Below, piece after piece: positions 44,752-56,853 of a stretch of DNA of 60,980 bases. Made by a program: the position numbers and the translations under genes. The notes below the pieces were generated by a model. That model ran no database searches. It was not told the DNA's origin and saw only the letters and a list, made by a program, of their open reading frames with translations. Every line of letters starts with the position of its first letter. The stretch's first letter is position 1. Location: the NCBI GenBank assembly GCA_964201945.1, contig CAXNIC010000001.1, positions 1 to 60,980 on the forward strand, given 5' to 3'. This stretch comes from Alphaproteobacteria bacterium (lineage in GTDB: Bacteria; Pseudomonadota; Alphaproteobacteria; SHVZ01).

Positions 44752-47446
44752 TTGGGTTCCTTTCGTTTTGCTGGCCGGCGATGCTTTCGACGATCGGCAG
44801 CAGGACGTCGAAGCGTGCGCCGCCATCGCAGATGATCTCGATGGCACCGCCGACCTGGCTGACCAGCCCATGGACGACGGCGAGGCCGAGGCCGGTTCCT
44901 TGCCCGACCGGCTTGGTGGTGAAGAACGGGTCGAAGATCCGCGGCAGGACTTCAGGCGGGATGCCAGGCCCGTCGTCGATCACGCTCAGCCGCGCATAGC
45001 GCCGGGCGGAGTCGAGGTCGGTGTTCCCGCGCAGGCGATCGTCGTCCTCCTCGATCAGAGCCGTCTCGATCGTCAGCGTCCCCGGCCGGTCGCCGATCGC
45101 TTGAGCGGCATTCAAGCCCAGATTCATCACGACCTGCTGGATCTCGGTCGCGCCGAGGCGGACCACGATTTTCGGCGCGCGAAGGACGAGGCGGACGCTG
45201 AGGTCGGGGCCGGCAGTCGCGCGCACGAGTTCCATGGCATCGGCGACGGAGAGGTCGATGGCGGCCGGTTCGCCGCTCTGAGTACCGATCCGGCTGAAGG
45301 TCAGCAGCCGCTGGACAAGGCCGCGGGCGTGCTCGGCAGCACCGATGACCCGTTCTAGGTCATCGCGCGCCGGACTCCCCGCCGGTAACTCGTCCATCGC
45401 CATCTCGGTCAGCGTCATGATCGGCAGCAGCATGTTGTTGAGGTCATGGGCGAGGCCACCGGCGAGGCGCGAGATCGCCTCGAGCTTCTGCGCCTGCCCC
45501 ATGGTGGTCCTAAGCTGTTCGCGGCGCTGCTCGGCCTGCCGCTGCTCGCTGACGTCGGCAACCGCGATGATCCGTCCGCCGTTCTGCATCTCGCGAACGC
45601 GCCAGGAGATCACCCGCCCGCTCGGGACCGGACGCTCGTCGTACCAGCGAGGCCGGGCCGCGATCGCGTCGACGATCTTCCCGGCACTGACATTCGGGCG
45701 GTCGGAGCCATAGTCGCCGCGCTGAGCCAGCCACTCGATGACGCTCGCCAGATGCGTGCCGACGCGGGCGAGTTCGTCCGGGACGCCGAGGAGTTCCGCG
45801 AAGGTGTCGTTGACCGCGACGATCCGCCAGCCCTCGTCGATGGCGAGGATCCCGTCGGTGATGTGGTCGAGCGTGGTCTGCAGCAGCGTCCGCTGTTGGG
45901 CGATCGCCCGCTCGCGCACCTTGAGCTCCGTGATGTCGGTGGTGACGCTGACCGTGGTGCCGTCGTCGAACCGGCGCTCTTTCACCTGCAACACCCGGCC
46001 ATTTGCGAGCGGCAACTCGATCGCGCTGCCCGGGTCTCGATGAAGTTTCAGGCGCGCCTGGACCTTGGACTCGAACGAGACGTCATCGACCTTCGCGTGA
46101 CCGACGCTTCGGAACGACCGAGCGAGATCCTCAAATGTCCGGCCAATTGGCGCCGGTCCGGAAATGCCGCTGTTCTTCCAATACTCTTCGTTGCAGATCA
46201 TCATCCGGTCGTCGGGGTCCCAGATGGCGACGCCGCTCGGCATCTGCTCGACGGCCGCCTTTAGCCGGCGTTCGGCCGACTCGCGCCGCTCTTGGGCCTC
46301 GATCATTGCAGTGACGTCGCTTGCAGTGCCGACATGCCCCTGAAACCGGCCCTCCCGGTCGAACCGGGGGTTGCCGCTGACCTTCAGATAGCGGATCCGC
46401 CCCAGATTGCTCGACCCGTATACGAAATCCCGGAACGGACGATGATTTGCGAGATCGTCGGCATGTCGCGCCAGCGCTTCGGGATCGGTCCGCGCGCGGT
46501 CGATCGTATCGATACGCCGCCGCCCCAGAATGTCCGATGAACGAAGCCGAGTGACCCCTGGATTGGCTTTGGACATGTATGTGAACCGATGCTCGGCGTC
46601 GGTCTGCCAGTACCAGTCGGACGACAGTTCAGCGATAGCCTGGAGGCGGCTCTCGGCCTCGTAGGTGTTCGTGATATCGGCCGCGAGGCCGAAATATCCG
46701 CGAAACGAGCCGTTTGAATCGAACAGCGGCTTGCCTCTGAAGCGAATGCGGTGGGGCTTGCCCTCCACCTCGATCACAGTGACGCAGTCGCGGATGGGCC
46801 GCCGGCTGGCAATGGCCGCGGCCCCGGCTTCGACGATGTCGGGGCTGGTGCAGCCGCCGAGGATCTCCGCGCAGCTGCGGCCGATCAGGCTCGGCTGGAC
46901 CCGGCGCCAGAAGGCATCGCGGGGTGCCGAGAGCTCGACGAATCGCAGCTCCTCGTCGGTGCCCCATATCCAGTCGGAGGAAAGTTCGGAGATGTCCGCA
47001 AGGCGCTGCTCGGCTTCGAGCAGCCGGCGCTCGGCCACCCCGAGACGCGTCCGATCGATCTGGATGACCAGCACCCACCCGCCGTCGCCGGCAAGCGCCC
47101 TGGCCGTCAGGCGGAAAGCCTTGAAGCGGCCGCGCCGCTGCGCCGCATACTCCACCGCTCCGGAGACGGTGCGCCGCTCACCGATGCCGGTGACCAGTTC
47201 CTCCAGCTCCGATGCGCCCGTGCCGACGGCATCAGAGGCCCGGCAAAGATCCGGCCAAACCTGCCCCTCGACGAGCCGCAGCCCCGGAGTGCTGTCATCG
47301 CCCGCGAAGGCATTCGCCGCCGCATTGACGCGCACCACCCGCCGTGCCGAATCGAGCAGCGCCGCCGGAATATCGATGGCGTCGAGCATGTCCTGGGCCG
47401 CCGCTTCGATGGCGGGAGAGGTGCCTATGACGGTTCCAACGCCCAT
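44726..47446 (-). CDS. Cytoplasmic multi-PAS sensor histidine kinase (906 aa)
   Basis: Several PAS/PAC-like repeats (..ELSSDWIWGTDEELRF.., ..ELSSDWYWQTDAEHRF..). H-box LAHDLNNMLLPI. G-box GQGTGLGLAVVHG. Confidence 0.9.
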   Translation of the reverse strand: MGVGTVIGTSPAIEAAAQDMLDAIDIPAALLDSARRVVRVNAAANAFAGDDSTPGLRLVEGQVWPDLCRASDAVGTGASELEELVTGIGERRTVSGAVEYAAQRRGRFKAFRLTARALAGDGGWVLVIQIDRTRLGVAERRLLEAEQRLADISELSSDWIWGTDEELRFVELSAPRDAFWRRVQPSLIGRSCAEILGGCTSPDIVEAGAAAIASRRPIRDCVTVIEVEGKPHRIRFRGKPLFDSNGSFRGYFGLAADITNTYEAESRLQAIAELSSDWYWQTDAEHRFTYMSKANPGVTRLRSSDILGRRRIDTIDRARTDPEALARHADDLANHRPFRDFVYGSSNLGRIRYLKVSGNPRFDREGRFQGHVGTASDVTAMIEAQERRESAERRLKAAVEQMPSGVAIWDPDDRMMICNEEYWKNSGISGPAPIGRTFEDLARSFRSVGHAKVDDVSFESKVQARLKLHRDPGSAIELPLANGRVLQVKERRFDDGTTVSVTTDITELKVRERAIAQQRTLLQTTLDHITDGILAIDEGWRIVAVNDTFAELLGVPDELARVGTHLASVIEWLAQRGDYGSDRPNVSAGKIVDAIAARPRWYDERPVPSGRVISWRVREMQNGGRIIAVADVSEQRQAEQRREQLRTTMGQAQKLEAISRLAGGLAHDLNNMLLPIMTLTEMAMDELPAGSPARDDLERVIGAAEHARGLVQRLLTFSRIGTQSGEPAAIDLSVADAMELVRATAGPDLSVRLVLRAPKIVVRLGATEIQQVVMNLGLNAAQAIGDRPGTLTIETALIEEDDDRLRGNTDLDSARRYARLSVIDDGPGIPPEVLPRIFDPFFTTKPVGQGTGLGLAVVHGLVSQVGGAIEIICDGGARFDVLLPIVESIAGQQNERNPNGADSSDR

Positions 47447-47489
47447 GGGAGCAACATCGCCGGCAGACGTAAGGGGCGAATGTCCGGCG

Positions 47490-47505
47490 TGTAATGATTT
47501 GTAAC
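47490..47505. promoter_or_regulatory. Direct repeat TGTAAT-N4-TGTAAC (10-bp phase) in the kinase/regulator divergent region
   Basis: Read directly, between ATG 47446 (minus strand) and the RR start (47541/47568). Confidence 0.25.
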
Positions 47506-47567
47506 TTCAGGTATCCTCAGCGCACGTTCCCCTTCTCCCTGTGCCGCCGACGGCCCGCCCAAGAGCA

Positions 47568-48302
47568 ATGACCGCCCTCGATACGAAGCGCCCGAAGATC
47601 CTCCTGGTAGAGGACGACCCGGACCTTTCCGCCACGATCAACGACTACCTCTCCGAGGAGGGGATGGACGTCGACCGTGCCCCGGACGGTGCCTCCGCCC
47701 GGCGGCGGCTGGCGCGGGGAGGCTACGACCTGGTCGTGGTCGACCTCGGGCTGCCCGATGAGAGCGGTCTCGACCTGACCCGGCACGTGCGCTCGACCAC
47801 CCAGGCCGGGATCGTCATCCTCACCGGCCGGGGTGACCCGGTCGACCGGGTCGTCGGCCTCGAGCTCGGCGCCGACGACTATCTCGGCAAGCCGGTGCTG
47901 CTGCGCGAGCTCCTGGCCCGGATCCGCAGCGTGCTCCGGCGGACGGTCGTGGCCGCGGGCGTACCTCCGACCGCCAGCGACACCATCCTCGCTTTCGCCG
48001 ACTGGACGCTGGATTGCGGGCGCCGGCGCCTGATGCGGACGGACGGCACCGACATCGTGCTCTCGGCCGCCGAGTTCGAGCTCCTGCGCGTGCTGGCGCT
48101 CCACGCCCAGCGCGTGCTGTCGCGCGACCAGCTTCTCGACATGACCCGCCATCGCTCCGCCGGGCCCTTCGACCGCAGCATCGACGTCATGGTCGGCAAG
48201 CTGAGACGGAAGATCGAGGACAATCCGCGCGAGCCGGTGCTGATCAAGACCGTTCACGGCGCCGGCTACGTGCTGGCGGCACCGGTCACCAACCGCCGCT
48301 AG
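47568..48302 (+). CDS. OmpR/PhoB-family response regulator
   Basis: KILLVEDDPD..DLVVVDLGLPD..KPV receiver plus wHTH (..LSRDQLLD..RSIDVMVGKLRRKIE..TVHGAGY). ATG 47568 preferred to GTG 47541. Confidence 0.9.
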   Translation: MTALDTKRPKILLVEDDPDLSATINDYLSEEGMDVDRAPDGASARRRLARGGYDLVVVDLGLPDESGLDLTRHVRSTTQAGIVILTGRGDPVDRVVGLELGADDYLGKPVLLRELLARIRSVLRRTVVAAGVPPTASDTILAFADWTLDCGRRRLMRTDGTDIVLSAAEFELLRVLALHAQRVLSRDQLLDMTRHRSAGPFDRSIDVMVGKLRRKIEDNPREPVLIKTVHGAGYVLAAPVTNRR

Positions 48303-48305
48303 CGA

Positions 48306-50966
48306 TCAGGCGAGAACGTCGCGGAGCCTCTCCTCGAGCTCGCGAAGCGTGAACGGCTTCGGCAGGATCGGAAGCGTCTCGTCGGAGTCGCCACGTTCGA
48401 CCAGCTTTCCCGTCGTCAGCATGATCCGGATGTCCGGACGGAGCGTCTTGGCTTCGCTCGCGAGCGCGAAGCCATCGCGGCCGGAGCCGAGATCGATGTC
48501 GCTGAACAACAGGTCGAACGGCCGATCGGCCGCCAGCAGGCGAAGCGCCGCTTCGGCCGAACTGGCGCCTACGGTCTCGCAACCCAACCGCTCGATCTGT
48601 GCCGACATCACCGTGAGCACCGGTCCGTCATCATCCACGACCAGCACGCGCGGACGACGGACAGCGACAGCAGGCGCGGCCGGCTGAACCACCACGGGCT
48701 CATCCGAGGGTCCCACCGTCGCCGCAGCCTCCACCAGAGGCAGGATCAGGGTCACGGCCGTTCCCCTGCCCGGCTCCGAGTCGATCCGGATCTCGCCGCC
48801 GGCCTGCTTGACGACGCCATAGGCGAGGCTGAGACCGAGCCCGGAGGCCTGGCCTTCCGGCTTTGTGGTGAAGAATGGCTCGATCGCGCGCGACAACACC
48901 TCGGGCGGCATCCCGGTGCCGGTGTCGGCGATCACAAGGGCGAGATAGCGGCCGCCCGGCAGCTCGCCGCTCTCGGGCGAGGACGGCGTCCCGATCGCGA
49001 GCGTTCGGGTCGATATCGTCATCTGTCCACCCGACGCCATCGCATCGCGTGCATTGAACGCGATGTTGATCATCGCGTTCTCGAGCTGGGCCACGTCGAT
49101 CATGATCTCGTCGCGCTCGGCCGATAGGTCGAAGACCAGCGTGATGCCGCCGCCGAGGTTTCGCCGGATCAGCTCCCCCAGTTCCTGGATTCGACGGTGG
49201 ACCGAGACCTTCTCCGGACGGACCGAGCGGCGTCGCGAGAAGCCCAGCAGATTCTGGGTCAGCGCGGCGCCGCGTTCGGCGGCGTTCAGGACCGTGCGCG
49301 CCAGCCTCAGCAACCGCTCCGGCTTGATCTCTCCGCCCCGGTTCGCCAGATCCTCCAGCATCTCGGCATTGCCAAGCACGATCATCAGCAGGTTGTTGAA
49401 ATCGTGCGCGATGCCGCCGGTCAGCTGGCCGATTGCCTCCAGCCGGCGCGACTGCTCCAGACGGGCCTCGATCTCGCGCTTTTCGGTGATGTCGGTGAGG
49501 GTACCGACGAATCCGATCAGTCCGCCCTCGAGGTCGCGCTCCGGCGCGGCGGTGTCGACGACCCAGCGGACGCCGCCGTCGGGACGGCGCACACGATATT
49601 CCTGCCGGAGATCCTGGCCCCGACCGAGAGTTTCGCCCCACGCCTCAACCACCCGGTCGCGATCGTCGGGGTGCAGTGCCTCGCGCCAGACGACGGCACC
49701 GAGGGGAACCGCCCCCAGCGAGGTGATCTTCCGCCAAACCTCGTTGACGAAGACGATCGTCCCGGCCGCATCCATCCGATAGATCCCGGTCGGCGCGGTC
49801 TCCGCCAGAGCCCGAAAGCGCGCTTCCGACAGGCGCAGGCTCTCGGTCGCCTCGACCTCCTCGGTGATGTCGCGCCCGACCCCGCAATAGCCGTCGAAGG
49901 CGCCGTCGGCGGCATAGACCGGAAGGCCGCTGACCGACAGCGTCCTGATCCGGCCATCGGTCGCCCGCACGCGGAAGCGGAAGTCGCGGAACGGCTCGCG
50001 CCGATGGAGCCGGGCGCGGTGCGCCGGCCAGAGGGAGGCGTTGAGATCGGGAGCGCTGTCGATCTCCCAGCGCGTCTTTCCCAGCGCGTCCTTGGGATCG
50101 TAGAGACCCGGGCTCGACGTCATGAAGGTGAAGCGGCAGGAGGCATCCTGGTCCCAGAGCCAGTCGGCCGACGCTTCGGCATAGGCCCTGATCCGCCGGT
50201 TCAGCGCTTCGAGCTCCTCCTCGCGCCGTACCATGTCGCTGACGTCCGCGGCCGTGACCACGGTTCCGCCGGTCGAGGTCGCATAGCGTGAGCTTCGCAT
50301 CCAACGCCCGTCGAGATAGCGCGTCAGCGTATTGGTCTCGCGGGTGCGGAAACGCGCCAGGAACTGGGCCAGGCGCTCCGCCTTCTGCTCGGACGACAAG
50401 TCGGCGCCGCTCTGCGCGATCTGGGCGCGCGCGAGATCCTCGAGCCGGACACCGGGGACCATCAGGTGCCCGATCGGCCCGTACAGGGCGCGCATCTGCT
50501 TGTTGCAGAAGACCAGCCGCTCGTCGGCGTCGTAGAGCGCGAGTCCGTCGCCGAGACTGCTGATCGCCTCGTCGAGGGTCCGGCGCGCCTCCTCGATCTC
50601 CAGTCTCTGATGCACCACCGTCTCGGCCATCGCATCGAAGGCACGCTCGACCTGGCCCAGCTCGCCCGGTCCGTAGTCAGGCCCGACCTGCACCAGCGTC
50701 GTCCCGCCGGTCATGCGGCGGGCGGCGCGGGCGAGCCGTTCGAAGGGCCGCGCGATGCTGATCGTGAAAACGGCCCAGGCGACGGCGCCGGTCGTCCCGA
50801 GAAGGGTGAGGATCGCGACGGCACGCCAGATGAGGGAACCCTCGTCCAGGGCACGGGAGAAGAGAAGAACGGGAGCGAGCAGGAGGAGCGGAACGAGGAC
50901 GACGGCAAGGATGCGGGCGCGGAGGCCGAACCCGGGACGTGCGGGCGGCCTAGGCTCGGTCGCCAT
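48306..50966 (-). CDS. Hybrid sensor histidine kinase/response regulator (2 TM, HAMP, PAS x2-3, HisKA, HATPase_c, REC)
   Basis: H-box IAHDFNNLLMIV, ASGLGLSLAYG, C-terminal receiver RVLVVDDDGP..DLLFSDIDLG..KPF. Confidence 0.9.
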   Translation of the reverse strand: MATEPRPPARPGFGLRARILAVVLVPLLLLAPVLLFSRALDEGSLIWRAVAILTLLGTTGAVAWAVFTISIARPFERLARAARRMTGGTTLVQVGPDYGPGELGQVERAFDAMAETVVHQRLEIEEARRTLDEAISSLGDGLALYDADERLVFCNKQMRALYGPIGHLMVPGVRLEDLARAQIAQSGADLSSEQKAERLAQFLARFRTRETNTLTRYLDGRWMRSSRYATSTGGTVVTAADVSDMVRREEELEALNRRIRAYAEASADWLWDQDASCRFTFMTSSPGLYDPKDALGKTRWEIDSAPDLNASLWPAHRARLHRREPFRDFRFRVRATDGRIRTLSVSGLPVYAADGAFDGYCGVGRDITEEVEATESLRLSEARFRALAETAPTGIYRMDAAGTIVFVNEVWRKITSLGAVPLGAVVWREALHPDDRDRVVEAWGETLGRGQDLRQEYRVRRPDGGVRWVVDTAAPERDLEGGLIGFVGTLTDITEKREIEARLEQSRRLEAIGQLTGGIAHDFNNLLMIVLGNAEMLEDLANRGGEIKPERLLRLARTVLNAAERGAALTQNLLGFSRRRSVRPEKVSVHRRIQELGELIRRNLGGGITLVFDLSAERDEIMIDVAQLENAMINIAFNARDAMASGGQMTISTRTLAIGTPSSPESGELPGGRYLALVIADTGTGMPPEVLSRAIEPFFTTKPEGQASGLGLSLAYGVVKQAGGEIRIDSEPGRGTAVTLILPLVEAAATVGPSDEPVVVQPAAPAVAVRRPRVLVVDDDGPVLTVMSAQIERLGCETVGASSAEAALRLLAADRPFDLLFSDIDLGSGRDGFALASEAKTLRPDIRIMLTTGKLVERGDSDETLPILPKPFTLRELEERLRDVLA

Positions 50967-50987
50967 CACGCCCGACCGACATGTCGA

Positions 50988-52280
50988 TCAACGCTTGGCG
51001 TACAGATCTTCCATGCTGAAGCGAAGCGCATCCTTGGGATTGACCTCGGCGGTGCCGATCGCGGGGCCGTCGATGAAGCTGAAGCCCGCCCCGACGGCGG
51101 CGAGCGCCAGACTGCCGGAGCGGATGCCATGCAGATATGTAAGCAGGTGAGCCTTCTCGGTCGCAACGACGAACTTCTCGAACTCGCCCTGGGCGCCCTC
51201 CTCGCGGATCGAGGTGGTCTCGGTCGAAAGCGCGTGCAGGCCGGCATGGGCGAAGCGGCCGATGGCGCCTACGGCCGGGAGCGGCATCCGCAGCGTCACC
51301 GCCCGCGACACCGGCTTCAGGCTGGGCAGGATTTCGATCAGGCGGCTCTGCGGGAAGCCGTCGGTGCCGCCGACGAGATCGAAGACGGCCAGGCGCTGCA
51401 GGCTCAAGGGAAGCTCGCGCCAGAGGCGGAGGTACTCGGTGCGGAACGGGCCGAAGCTGACAGTGTCGACATGAACGGGAATGGTGAACAGCAGGCGCCG
51501 GTCCTGGGCGCCGACCCGCATCAGCTCGTCGAGCACGCGCTTCAACAGGCGGAGGTCGTAGTCCAGGCGGAAATGACGGTCGTCGAGTCCTTCGATCGCC
51601 GCCTCGCCCGCCTGCACCCGGCCACCCTGGGTCTTGACCATGGGGACGCAGAGGAAGTTGAAGACGGCGTTTCGCTTCACGTCCCAGATCGGCCGGAACA
51701 GGAAACGCACATGGTCGAGCGCGGATGGGCGCTCGCCCTCCTTGACCGGGGCCGCCGTGGCCTTGGTGATCTCGCTTGCGATCGCCTCGGCGAGGTCGCC
51801 GTCCTGCTGGATAATCGCCAGCATGGCCTTGGAGTCGACGATCGCGGCGCCGGCATCGATCTGGGCCGCCTCGGCACCGAGTTCGCTCACCAGCGCACGC
51901 GAGATCTCCTCGGCGATCTGGGCGCATTTCAGCCGCCCCTCCTGCGGGGTGAGCGACGGGAAGAGAAGCACGAAGTCGAGATCGCCTGCTTTCCGATAGA
52001 CGTCCGACGGCATCAGCCGGCGCTCGATGGCGCGGCGGATCAGGCCTTCGGCCTTCGGCTCCGTGTTCGGCCATTGCTCGGCGAAGCGTTCCTGGATCGC
52101 AGCGAAATTGACGAGATGCACCTTGCCGGCGGTCACGGGCTCGCGCCCGCCGAAGAACCCGGCCGCGCGCCCCTCGAAGGACTCGGGCGCCGGCCCCGGC
52201 GGGGGCACCGGAGCGGCCTTAAGGGAGATTCCCGCCGATGAGGTGTGGGTCTGGGTCACGAGGGGAATTTGCACCCGCAT
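50988..52280 (-). CDS. 430-aa protein with GGDEF-like and EAL-like halves, both apparently catalytically degenerate
   Basis: Res 52-130 align by eye to a GGDEF fold (VHLVNFAAIQERF..YRKAGDLDFVLLFPSL..). Res 190-400 follow EAL topology (FRPIWDV..NFLC.., LLFTIPVHVDTV, LAVFDLVGG, VTLRMPLP) with every catalytic residue replaced. Confidence 0.6.
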   Translation of the reverse strand: MRVQIPLVTQTHTSSAGISLKAAPVPPPGPAPESFEGRAAGFFGGREPVTAGKVHLVNFAAIQERFAEQWPNTEPKAEGLIRRAIERRLMPSDVYRKAGDLDFVLLFPSLTPQEGRLKCAQIAEEISRALVSELGAEAAQIDAGAAIVDSKAMLAIIQQDGDLAEAIASEITKATAAPVKEGERPSALDHVRFLFRPIWDVKRNAVFNFLCVPMVKTQGGRVQAGEAAIEGLDDRHFRLDYDLRLLKRVLDELMRVGAQDRRLLFTIPVHVDTVSFGPFRTEYLRLWRELPLSLQRLAVFDLVGGTDGFPQSRLIEILPSLKPVSRAVTLRMPLPAVGAIGRFAHAGLHALSTETTSIREEGAQGEFEKFVVATEKAHLLTYLHGIRSGSLALAAVGAGFSFIDGPAIGTAEVNPKDALRFSMEDLYAKR

Positions 52281-52350
52281 TAGTTAATAATTTCTCAGCG
52301 TCGGCGGCTTTGCGCCCGGGAGGCGCCCTGTTAGGTTGATCGAGGCTCAA

Positions 52351-54320
<1,970 letters not shown>

Positions 54321-54324
<4 letters not shown>

Positions 54325-55463
54325 CCCGACCGAAGGTGGCGGCACTGGTCATGGCGGCGGGGCGCGGCCAGCGCCTCGGCGCCGACGCGCCGAAGCAATA
54401 TCTCCTTATCGGCGAGCGGACGGTGCTGGCCCGGAGCCTGACGCTGTTCGCCGGCCATCCGCAGGTCGACCGGGTGCATGCGGTCATCCACGCCGACGAC
54501 CATGCGCGCTACACGGCGGCGACCGCCACCCTCACCCTCGCCCCGCCGATCCACGGCGGCGCCACGCGTCAGGAGTCGGTCCGATACGGCCTCGAGCATC
54601 TGGCGCTGGATCCGCCCGACCTCGTCCTCATCCATGACGCCGCCCGCCCGCTGACTCCGCCCGCCATGGTCGGCCGGGTGATCGACGCGTTGGCCACGAA
54701 CGAAGCGGCGGTCCCTGCCCTGCCGGTCGCCGATACCTTGAAACGGGGCAGCGACGGACACGTGACCGCAACGGTCGCGCGAGCCGGACTCTTCCGCGCT
54801 CAGACACCGCAAGGCTTCCGCTTCGCCACGATCCTGGAGGCCCATCGCCGCTTCGCCGGCGCCGAACTCACCGACGACGCCGCCGTCGCCGAGGCGGCAG
54901 GCCTGCCGGTAGCATTGGTTCCGGGCGACGAGGCCGCCTTCAAGATCACCACCGGCGACGACCTCGACCGCGCCCGCCGACTGACCTCGGAGACCCGGAT
55001 CGGCACCGGCTTCGACGTGCATCGCTTCGGCCCTGGCGACCATGTCTGGCTCTGCGGCGTCAAGGTGCCGCACGACCGCGGCCTGATCGGCCATTCCGAC
55101 GCCGATGTCGGGCTGCACGCACTCACCGACGCGATCCTGGGCGCCATCGGCGCCGGCGACATCGGCCAGCACTTCCCACCCGGCGATCCGCGCTGGAAGG
55201 GGGCCGCCTCCCACCGCTTCCTCCGCCACGCCGCCGATCTGCTGAGCGAGCGCGGCGGCCGCCTCGTCCATGTCGACGTCACCGTCATCTGCGAGCGCCC
55301 GAAGGTCGGCCCGCACCGAGACACGATGCGGGCGGCGATCGCCGAGATCCTCGGCATCGGCACCGACCGGGTCAGCGTCAAGGCGACGACCACCGAGGGC
55401 CTGGGATTCACCGGCCGCCGGGAAGGCATCGCCGCCCAGGCCGCCGCCACGGTGAGCCTGTGA
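54321..55463 (+). CDS. ispDF: Bifunctional 2-C-methyl-D-erythritol 4-phosphate cytidylyltransferase / MEcPP synthase
   Basis: IspD N-terminus AAGRGQRLG and IHDAARP. IspF half [20 protein letters not shown]. The ATG overlaps the kinase stop. Confidence 0.95.
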
Positions 55464-55924
55464 ACCCGGCCCCGGCGCTCCCCCGGCTGATCGCGACCAG
55501 CCTCGGCCTCGGCCTCCTGCCCTATGCGCCCGGCACCTGGGGATCGCTGCTGGCGCTGCCGATCGCCTGGGCCTTCGCGCCGGTAGGCCTCGTAGCCTCG
55601 CTGCTCGGGGTGCTGGCGCTGACCCTCATCGGCACCTGGGCGATCGACCGCACGCTCGCCGGCAGCCTCGTCGCCGATCCGCCGGAGGTCGTCATCGACG
55701 AGACCTGTGCGCAATGGCTGGTGCTTGCCTTCTTGCCGCAGGAGCCGCTTGCCTACATCCTCGGCTTTGCCGCGTTCCGTTTGGCCGATATCGTGAAGCC
55801 GTGGCCGGCGGGCTGGGCCGACCGGACCGTGCCGGGCGCTCTCGGCGTGATGCTCGACGACTTTCTCGCGGCCCCGCACGCGCTCGCGGGCGCCTGGATC
55901 ATTCTCTGGCTGATCGGACGATGA
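55460..55924 (+). CDS. pgpA: Phosphatidylglycerophosphatase A
   Basis: [32 protein letters not shown]. Overlaps the ispDF stop. Confidence 0.85.
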   Translation: MNPAPALPRLIATSLGLGLLPYAPGTWGSLLALPIAWAFAPVGLVASLLGVLALTLIGTWAIDRTLAGSLVADPPEVVIDETCAQWLVLAFLPQEPLAYILGFAAFRLADIVKPWPAGWADRTVPGALGVMLDDFLAAPHALAGAWIILWLIGR

Positions 55925-56427
55925 ACGACCTCGAACGCCTCGCCAAGGACCTGCTGCAGCACCTGCGCCGCCGACACATGCGCCTGGCGACGGCCGAGAG
56001 TTGCACCGGCGGCCTGATCGCCGCGACGCTGACGGAGATCGCCGGATCCTCCGACGTGGTCGAGCGCGGCTTCGTCACCTACTCCAACGAGGCCAAGGCG
56101 GATCTGCTGGGCGTGCCGCAGGCAGACCTCGCCCAGCATGGCGCAGTGAGCGAGCCGGTAGCTCGCGCCATGGCCGAGGGAGCACTCGCCCGCAGCCGGG
56201 CGGAGCTCGCAATCGCCGTCACTGGCATCGCCGGGCCCGGCGGCGCCACGCCGACCAAGCCGGTCGGCCTCGTCCACCTTGCCGTCGCCGGCCATGGCTT
56301 CGAGACCAAGCACGAGCGGCACGTCTTCGCCGGCGACCGCAAGGAGGTCCGCCGCGCCACCGTCGAGCGCGCCTTCCAGATGATCAGGGAGTCTTCGGGT
56401 CAGGACCCGGACGACGGCGAGCCGTAG
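55921..56427 (+). CDS. cinA: CinA-family nicotinamide-nucleotide amidohydrolase domain protein (PncC-like)
   Basis: LATAESCTGGL, VTYSNEAK, TGIAGPGG. ATG 55921 overlaps the pgpA stop. Confidence 0.85.
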   Translation: MNDLERLAKDLLQHLRRRHMRLATAESCTGGLIAATLTEIAGSSDVVERGFVTYSNEAKADLLGVPQADLAQHGAVSEPVARAMAEGALARSRAELAIAVTGIAGPGGATPTKPVGLVHLAVAGHGFETKHERHVFAGDRKEVRRATVERAFQMIRESSGQDPDDGEP

Positions 56428-56852
56428 AGCACCTTGGCGCGAGCCTCGAAGGCGTTGACCATGCGTCGGACGGCCTCGTCGAAGAGGACACTCATCAGGC
56501 CTTGCAGCATGCGGTTCTTGAACTCGAAATCGACGAAGAAGTCGATCTCGCACTGGTCGTTCGGCTGCGGATTGAAGATCCAGTGGTTGTTCAGGTATTT
56601 GAACGGCCCGTCGGTATAGGCGACGTCGATCCGTCGATCATCGGGACTCAGCTTCACCTTGGAGGTGAAGCGCTCGCGGATCATCTTGAAGCCGATGATC
56701 AGGTCCGCCCAGATCGTATCGGCCTCGCGCTTGTTGATGCGCGCCGCCAGGCACCAGGGCAGGAAGTCGGGATAGCGCTCGACGTCGGCGACCAGGGCGT
56801 AGAGCTGATCTGGCGTATACGGCAGCAGCCGCTTCTCGGCGTGGGTCGGCAC
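56400..56852 (-). CDS. ratA: SRPBCC/START-fold protein (RatA / COQ10-like)
   Basis: 150 aa; ..LYALVADVERYPDFLPWC.. pattern. Conserved position next to lipA. Confidence 0.8.
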   Translation of the reverse strand: MPTHAEKRLLPYTPDQLYALVADVERYPDFLPWCLAARINKREADTIWADLIIGFKMIRERFTSKVKLSPDDRRIDVAYTDGPFKYLNNHWIFNPQPNDQCEIDFFVDFEFKNRMLQGLMSVLFDEAVRRMVNAFEARAKVLYGSPSSGS

Positions 56853-56853
56853 C

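Noticed and set aside
56400-56852. RatA-family gene as a toxin-antitoxin system
   Set aside because: No small antitoxin partner is present. The gene sits in the conserved lipA-adjacent position typical of the housekeeping SRPBCC/COQ10-like protein.
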